Positions 58,983-64,000 of a stretch of 64,000 nucleotides of DNA are shown here, in pieces (position 1 is the first letter of the stretch; the number at the start of each line of letters is the position of its first letter). This DNA comes from Planctomycetota bacterium. Lineage in GTDB: Bacteria; Planctomycetota; UBA11346. The position numbers and the translations under genes are program-made. The notes beneath the pieces were generated by a model, which did no database searches, was not told the origin of the DNA, and saw only the letters and a list, made by a program, of their open reading frames with translations. The stretch spans positions 33,819 through 97,818 of the forward strand of contig JBBRLJ010000020.1 in NCBI GenBank assembly GCA_038231435.1, in the 5' to 3' direction.

Positions 58983-59903
58983 TCAGCCACGCGTGAAACG
59001 GCGTTGGAAGGTCGCGGGCGGCTGGCCTGCCAGGCGGGTGAAGACCCGGGTGAAATGGTGGACGTTGACGAAGCCCGCACGCTCGGCGACCGCCTTCACG
59101 GTCAATCCGGCGTAGGCCAGCTCGGCCTTCGCGCGCTCGATGCGCGCCAGACGCATCCAGGCGATCGGGGTCAGGCCGTACCGGCGGCGGAATCGCGCGC
59201 ACAACCGGGTGCGGCCGATGCCGCTCACGCGTTCGAGATCGGCCAGACTCACGCCACCGCGCGCGTGATCGAGGTAGTCGCGTACCCGCTCGAGTGGTGC
59301 GTCATCGTGCGCGTCGTCGTCGGGATCCGTGCCGGCCTCGGACGCATGCGACAGATCGCGCAGCAGCCACGCGATCAGCTCGATCGCCGCCGCCCTGAGC
59401 TCGAGGGAGCCCGCCGCGTCGGCCGCCGGGAAGCGCCGCAGCATCGCCGCGAAGCGGCTCTCGTAGGAGGCGGGCACGCTGGTGGGATGCGCCACGACAC
59501 GGTCGGGGAAGAGGCCGCGGCTGCGCGGCGGCTGCGCACGCCGACGCCGACGTGGGTCCTGCTCCCAATGCACGCCCACCGATCCCGGTTCCCATACCGG
59601 ATCGAAATGGGCGTTGAGCATGCGGATATGGCTCGCATCCGTGAGCAGGAAGCCGTGCTCGACCCATGGCGGCACGATCATCACGGTTCCAGGCGCGAAG
59701 GGAGCGGTGCCGTCGGGCCCGCGGATCTCACCGTTGCCATGCTGCACGTACAGCAGCGCATGGTCGGTGATGCGCCTCGGCGGCAGCTCGAGCCGGGTGC
59801 CGACGCTGAAATCATGGACGATGCGCACGAACGGCGCCAGACCGCTGATCCCTCGGGAGCATCCAGCCAACGGATCGGTGTGCTGGACGAACGAGTCGCT
59901 CAC
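58983..59903 (-). CDS. AraC-family transcriptional regulator (cupin-type sensor plus HTH)
   Basis: C-terminal 'RVRDYLDHARGGVSLADLERVSGIGRTRLCARFRRRYGLTPIAWMRLARIERAKAELAYAGLTVKAVAERAGFVNVHHFTRVF'. Confidence 0.8.
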   Translation of the reverse strand: MSDSFVQHTDPLAGCSRGISGLAPFVRIVHDFSVGTRLELPPRRITDHALLYVQHGNGEIRGPDGTAPFAPGTVMIVPPWVEHGFLLTDASHIRMLNAHFDPVWEPGSVGVHWEQDPRRRRRAQPPRSRGLFPDRVVAHPTSVPASYESRFAAMLRRFPAADAAGSLELRAAAIELIAWLLRDLSHASEAGTDPDDDAHDDAPLERVRDYLDHARGGVSLADLERVSGIGRTRLCARFRRRYGLTPIAWMRLARIERAKAELAYAGLTVKAVAERAGFVNVHHFTRVFTRLAGQPPATFQRRFTRG

Positions 59904-60003
59904 GGCGGCACGCTACGCCATCGCGCGGACGCACCAGTGTCGCCCGCCGCCAAACACGGCCTGGCCCCACGCGGCCGGGAAAAGAGGTCCCGATCGAGGC
60001 GGC

Positions 60004-60801
60004 CTAGCGTGAGTACGCGTTGGCCTCGCCCAGCACCTGGCGCATGCGTTCGTCAGCGCCGCGAAGGATCTCGTCACGGCGATCGCTCGGGAGCGGATGA
60101 TGGAAGCGCGCCGCCGCCCACCGGCAGGCGTACTGGGTCTGCAGGACATAGCGCGTCCGCTGCGAACGGTTGGGCGCGCCGCGATGCCAGCATTGGTTGT
60201 TCTGCAGGTAGATGTCGCCGGCCCGGCACAGGACGGAAACCGGACCACGGCCCTCGAACTGCGGCGCCTGCTCGTCATCCGGCGTGCGTCCCGCGTAGTG
60301 GCTGCCGGGAACGAATTGCGTCGGCCCGTGGTCCTCGGTGTCGATGTCGCTCAGCGGCATCTGCACGGTCAGCCACTGCACCGGCATGCGCAGGCGAGAA
60401 TCATGGCGAGGCACGCCGGCGGGCAGTGGGAACTCCACCACGTCATCGACGTGGAAACGCGAGATCGACTGGCCCGGTCCGTTGCGGATGACGTTCTGGC
60501 CGCAGGCCTGGAAACCTGGGCCGAGGACGCGCTCCATGAGTCCGAACACCGGTTCGCTCGCGGCGAGTCTCGCGAAGATCGGCTCGAGTTCGTACAGCTG
60601 GGCGGCCACGAACGGGATTCCGCGGCTGGCGCGCGCGCGCAGGGCCGGGTCGGCGAACACCGCATCGCAGGCGTGCTTGAGCTCGGCAACCTCGACAGCG
60701 GAACATGCACCGGGGACGAGCGCGAAGCCATCGGCATGGAAGGATTCGACGATCCGTGCGAGCGCCGGGGTATCGCATTCGATCTGCGTGGTGGGCATCA
60801 T
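60004..60801 (-). CDS. phytanoyl-CoA dioxygenase (PhyH) family Fe(II)/2OG oxygenase
   Basis: 'RFHVDD' and 'QFVPGSHY' His motifs. AGGAG lies 4 nt before the ATG at 60801 (MMPTTQ...). Confidence 0.7.
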   Translation of the reverse strand: MMPTTQIECDTPALARIVESFHADGFALVPGACSAVEVAELKHACDAVFADPALRARASRGIPFVAAQLYELEPIFARLAASEPVFGLMERVLGPGFQACGQNVIRNGPGQSISRFHVDDVVEFPLPAGVPRHDSRLRMPVQWLTVQMPLSDIDTEDHGPTQFVPGSHYAGRTPDDEQAPQFEGRGPVSVLCRAGDIYLQNNQCWHRGAPNRSQRTRYVLQTQYACRWAAARFHHPLPSDRRDEILRGADERMRQVLGEANAYSR

Positions 60802-61145
60802 GGGCTCCTGTGCGCGCATGATCCGGGCCTGGCATGACCCGTCTTTGTCCGCGAGGTTCCGGGCTTTTGTCCACCGCTCCGCGGGTATCCGCCGCTCCGT
60901 AGGCGTCCCTCGCTGTGCGAGCCGTCGCCCCGTGGCGTTCGCGGCTCCGATGGGCTCGTGACCGAGTCCCACGCTCGCGGTCTGGGCGCGGCTTGACCAT
61001 GGCCGATTGCCCCGATCCTTCCGGGATGCTCGGAAAAGCCTCCACGCTGGTCCTGGTCGAGGCCCGCAAACGCTTCCGAGCTGAGCGGTTACGTGCGCCC
61101 GGCGGAGTCATGGAAAGCGCCGACGATGCCCGGAAGAGCTGAACC

Positions 61146-61814
61146 TTGAGCGACGACGCCCGTTTACCCCCCGAGATGGGCCTGGCGCAACCGAAACCGA
61201 TGGAAGCCCCGAGCGCCAACGCCGCCGCCGAAGCCGCCATCGCGCGCAACGACGCCGACGTGCGGCTCATGGAGCGCATCCGCGATGGCGACCAGGAGGC
61301 GGTGATCGGCCTGGTCGACCGCTTCCAGCACGAACTGGTCGGCTTCTTCTACCATCTCTGCTGGGATCAGCTGGTCGCCGAGGAGCTGGCGCAGGACGTG
61401 TTCGTCAACGTCTACCGCTCGCGCAGCCGCTACCAGGCCACCGCCAAGGTGCGCACCTACCTCTACCGCATCGCACACAATCTGTGGATCGATCACCTGC
61501 GCCGGCAGAAGCGCCACCTCAGCCTCGACGCCGAGATCGGCGAGCAGTCGCTGCGGCTGATCAACGTGCTCAAGGCGCCCGACGCCGCCGAGGACACCAG
61601 CGGTCGCGACGCGGTGATCCGCTCGCGGGTCCACGAAGCGCTCGGCAACCTACCCGAGGGCCAGCGCGAAGTCTTCGTCCTCGCCAACAACCACGGCATG
61701 AAGTACCAGGACATCGCCACCGTGCTGCACATCCCCGAAGGCACCGTGAAGAGCCGCATGCACAACGCCGTGCGCGCGCTGCGCGACGAGCTCTCAGACC
61801 TGGTCGAGCTGTGA
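61146..61814 (+). CDS. ECF-type RNA polymerase sigma factor
   Basis: Region 2 'YRIAHNLWIDHLRR'. Region 4 'QREVFVLANNHGMKYQDIATVLHIPEGTVKSRMHNAVRALRDEL'. Confidence 0.8.
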   Translation: MSDDARLPPEMGLAQPKPMEAPSANAAAEAAIARNDADVRLMERIRDGDQEAVIGLVDRFQHELVGFFYHLCWDQLVAEELAQDVFVNVYRSRSRYQATAKVRTYLYRIAHNLWIDHLRRQKRHLSLDAEIGEQSLRLINVLKAPDAAEDTSGRDAVIRSRVHEALGNLPEGQREVFVLANNHGMKYQDIATVLHIPEGTVKSRMHNAVRALRDELSDLVEL

Positions 61815-61818
61815 GACG

Positions 61819-63375
61819 ATGAGCGATACCGATCCCCTCCTGCGCGCCGTCTCCGACGGCAATCCCGCCTGCCCCGATGGCCGCGCGCTCGCGCGCCTCG
61901 GCGAGCTGATCCGCGCGCACTCGCAGCTTCCCGGCGACAGCGACCTCGCGCCGCTGGTGCGCTCGCGCCTCGATGCCGACGACAGCGTCTCGATCGCTCC
62001 CGATCCGGTCGACGCGGTTGCCATCGACCTCGCCTGGGACGGCGTCCGCGCCGCGGGCTCCCCCGCCATGGACGGCGATGACAGCCTCGCGCGGCTCGGC
62101 GAGCTCATCGCCGGCGCCAGCTCGCTGCCCTACCCCGTCGATCTGGCCGATCGCGTCCGCCAGCGCCTGAAGAATGCCGATCGCCAGCCTGACATGCCGC
62201 AGCTCGAAAAGGGCGGCCGCTGGCGCATCTGGAGCGCGGTGATCTCTGCGCACGTCGCCGCGCTCGTCGCCATCGCCATCTACCAGACCGCCATCCACGA
62301 CCGCGATCAGGGCGGGAGCGCCGACGCCGTCTCGATCACCATGATGAAGGGCGTGCGCGCCAGCGATCCGGGCTACACCGGTCCCGAAATGCCGACGCGC
62401 CTGCCCATGCAGTGGTCGGAGATGCACGAGGTCGGCACCGATCTGTTCCTGCTGCGCCGCTTCCCGGAGCTGCGCGAGGAAGCTCGCCGCCACTACGGCA
62501 TGGAGCGCTCCGGCGCCGCGGTGAGCGGCGGCCTGTCGTGGCTGGAATCCTCGCAGCACGCCGATGGTTCATTCGGCAAGCTCTCCGGCGACGGCGACCG
62601 TGACCTCGCCACCCAGAGCCTGGCCGCGCTCGCCCTGCTCGGCGAGGGCCTCGGCGACCAGAAGCGCACCGCCGCCATCCGCGGCTCCCTGGCCTGGATC
62701 GACGCGCAGCTCGACGACGAGCACTTCCATGAGCATGGCCAGGTGCCCGCGGGCATCGCCTGCCTGGCGTTGGTCGAAGGCGGCCTGCTGCTCGCCGATC
62801 CCGCGCTGCGCGCCCAGGCCGAGGACGTGCTCATCGAGCTCGACCGCGGCGTGCCCGTGCAACCCGGCGCCGCCGGCCTGGGCGGCTTCACGCTGCTCGC
62901 GCTCGAGACCGCGTGTCAGGGCGGCATGCGCGTGCCCCCGCGCCTGCTCGAGCAGGGTCGCCGCAATCTCGGCCGAAGCCTGCCGACGCAGGAGGACGAC
63001 GCCGGCCGCCTCGGCCTCGCCGCCTTCTCGCGCCTGATCTACGGCTACCGCGGCAAGACCAGCACCTCGCGCCAGCTCGAGGTGCTCGGCACCCTGCCTC
63101 CGCAGCCGAGCGCCGCCGGCCAGGTCAATCCGCTCGGTTGGTTCTTCGCCACCCTCGCGCTGCGCGAGGCCGGCGACGTCGCCTGGGATCGCTGGGCCGC
63201 CAGCCTGCAGGCCGCGCTGGTACCGGCCTTCGAGGCTACGCCCGATGGCGGCATGCGCGTGCCGGCGGCCAAGGTCCGCTACGCCGATGGCGATGGCGGC
63301 GACGTCTTCGCAACCAGCCTGGCGATCCTGAATCTGCAGGCGGCGTACCGGTATCTGCCGCTCGACTCTCGGTAA
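61819..63375 (+). CDS. anti-sigma factor-like membrane protein with C-terminal squalene-oxidase-repeat (alpha/alpha-toroid) domain
   Basis: Starts 5 nt after the sigma-factor stop. TM 'IWSAVISAHVAALVAIAIY'. Toroid repeats ('SQHADGSFGK', ...) follow. Confidence 0.6.
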   Translation: MSDTDPLLRAVSDGNPACPDGRALARLGELIRAHSQLPGDSDLAPLVRSRLDADDSVSIAPDPVDAVAIDLAWDGVRAAGSPAMDGDDSLARLGELIAGASSLPYPVDLADRVRQRLKNADRQPDMPQLEKGGRWRIWSAVISAHVAALVAIAIYQTAIHDRDQGGSADAVSITMMKGVRASDPGYTGPEMPTRLPMQWSEMHEVGTDLFLLRRFPELREEARRHYGMERSGAAVSGGLSWLESSQHADGSFGKLSGDGDRDLATQSLAALALLGEGLGDQKRTAAIRGSLAWIDAQLDDEHFHEHGQVPAGIACLALVEGGLLLADPALRAQAEDVLIELDRGVPVQPGAAGLGGFTLLALETACQGGMRVPPRLLEQGRRNLGRSLPTQEDDAGRLGLAAFSRLIYGYRGKTSTSRQLEVLGTLPPQPSAAGQVNPLGWFFATLALREAGDVAWDRWAASLQAALVPAFEATPDGGMRVPAAKVRYADGDGGDVFATSLAILNLQAAYRYLPLDSR

Positions 63376-63728
63376 GGGGCTTTTTACAGTCAGGGGCTCT
63401 GCCCCTACGGCCCTCCGGGCCTACCCCACGGGCTTTGTCGGGGCTCGATGTCTCCGCTACGCTATGACATCGTCGGCGGATGGGCTGCGCCCATTGTATC
63501 CGCCGACCGCCCCTCGGCGCCCGCCCCATCGCGGAGCGATGGGGCCCCCGGCTATTTATTGGTCAGGGGCTCCGCCCCTACGGCCTTCGGCCTACCCCAC
63601 GGGCTTTGTCGGGGCTCGATGTCTTCGCTGCGCTACGACATCGTCGGCGGATGGGCTGCGCCCATTGTATCCGCCGACCGCCCCTCGGCGCCCGCCCCAT
63701 CGCGTGAGCGATGGGGCCCCCGGCCAAT
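63376..63728 (-). repeat. 2 x ~176-bp tandem direct repeat made of Y-type structured element plus CCCCATCGC-GGA-GCGATGGGG hairpin
   Basis: 63375-63551 and 63552-63728 are about 90% identical. The core is the reverse complement of 15035-15153. Confidence 0.8.
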
Positions 63729-63808
63729 TTGGGTGAAGCGGGAGCGTGAGTCTGGTGGATGGGGCAAGGGGCGGAGCCCCCATTCAACACGTGGCGAAAG
63801 ACACCCGG

Positions 63809-63857
63809 CCGCCGAGTCCTGGTTTTCGTGAATAATGGGCGAAGCCCATCACGCAAA
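63809..63857 (+). repeat. X-type nested double-hairpin element (GGTTTTCGTG-AATAAT-GGGC-GAA-GCCC-AT-CACGCAAAC)
   Basis: Same module as 58571-58620, 58701-58750 and (reverse complement) 14941-14990. Confidence 0.75.
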
Positions 63858-64000
63858 CTTTTGGTTCTTCACGGAATATCGGGAATCGAGCTCTAAGAGC
63901 GGGATAGAAAAGGACATCGGCGGCCAGGGCGGCAGGTTGTGGTTACCACGCCAACAACCGCAACCGGAGACCGCCGATGTCCGCTGAAGACGCTATGACC

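Overview
This is a 64 kb high-GC (about 70%) chromosomal window, most likely from a Myxococcota- or Sorangium-like deltaproteobacterium. It is gene dense, with about 50 protein genes, and holds housekeeping loci beside an accessory-looking set of signalling and envelope genes.

Housekeeping genes: topA (with a zinc-ribbon and lysine-rich tail), uvrD/pcrA, pheS (no adjacent pheT), panC, tsaC/sua5, rsmE, a tRNA-Pro(UGG) gene, and scpA carrying a very long C-terminal extension.

Signalling and envelope genes:
- Three Hanks-type Ser/Thr kinases. Two are fused to a C-terminal FGE/SUMF1-like (formylglycine-generating enzyme) domain that lacks the catalytic cysteine pair, so it is a likely pseudo-enzyme sensor domain.
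- An ECF sigma / anti-sigma pair. The anti-sigma factor carries a squalene-oxidase-repeat (alpha/alpha-toroid) domain, and there are two further toroid proteins.
- Two AraC-regulator plus phytanoyl-CoA-dioxygenase (PhyH) modules, and LysR and XRE regulators.
- A JAB/MPN (Mec+/HcyD-like) metalloprotease with a Ser-Asp repeat tail, translationally coupled to a PLP-dependent Cys/Met-metabolism enzyme.
- A flotillin/SPFH operon, a TonB-dependent receptor, two outer-membrane beta-barrels and several TPR proteins.
- A 9 kb co-directional minus-strand run (XRE, AAA+ ATPase, rsmE, three translationally coupled membrane/secreted proteins, a TPR protein, secreted proteins).

The most unusual non-coding signal is a modular family of structured palindromic repeats in the intergenic regions:
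- REP-like 10-bp-stem hairpins placed immediately after stop codons.
- A nested double-hairpin module with a TATAAT/TACAAT-like loop.
- GGGGC-GGA-GCCCC mini-hairpins.
- These occur as tandem composite copies abutting the 3' end of tRNA-Pro, downstream of both AraC-PhyH modules, and as a 2 x 176 bp tandem array after the anti-sigma gene.

No CRISPR array, rRNA or obvious transposase was found. All calls rest on reading the translations and DNA by eye; no searches were run.
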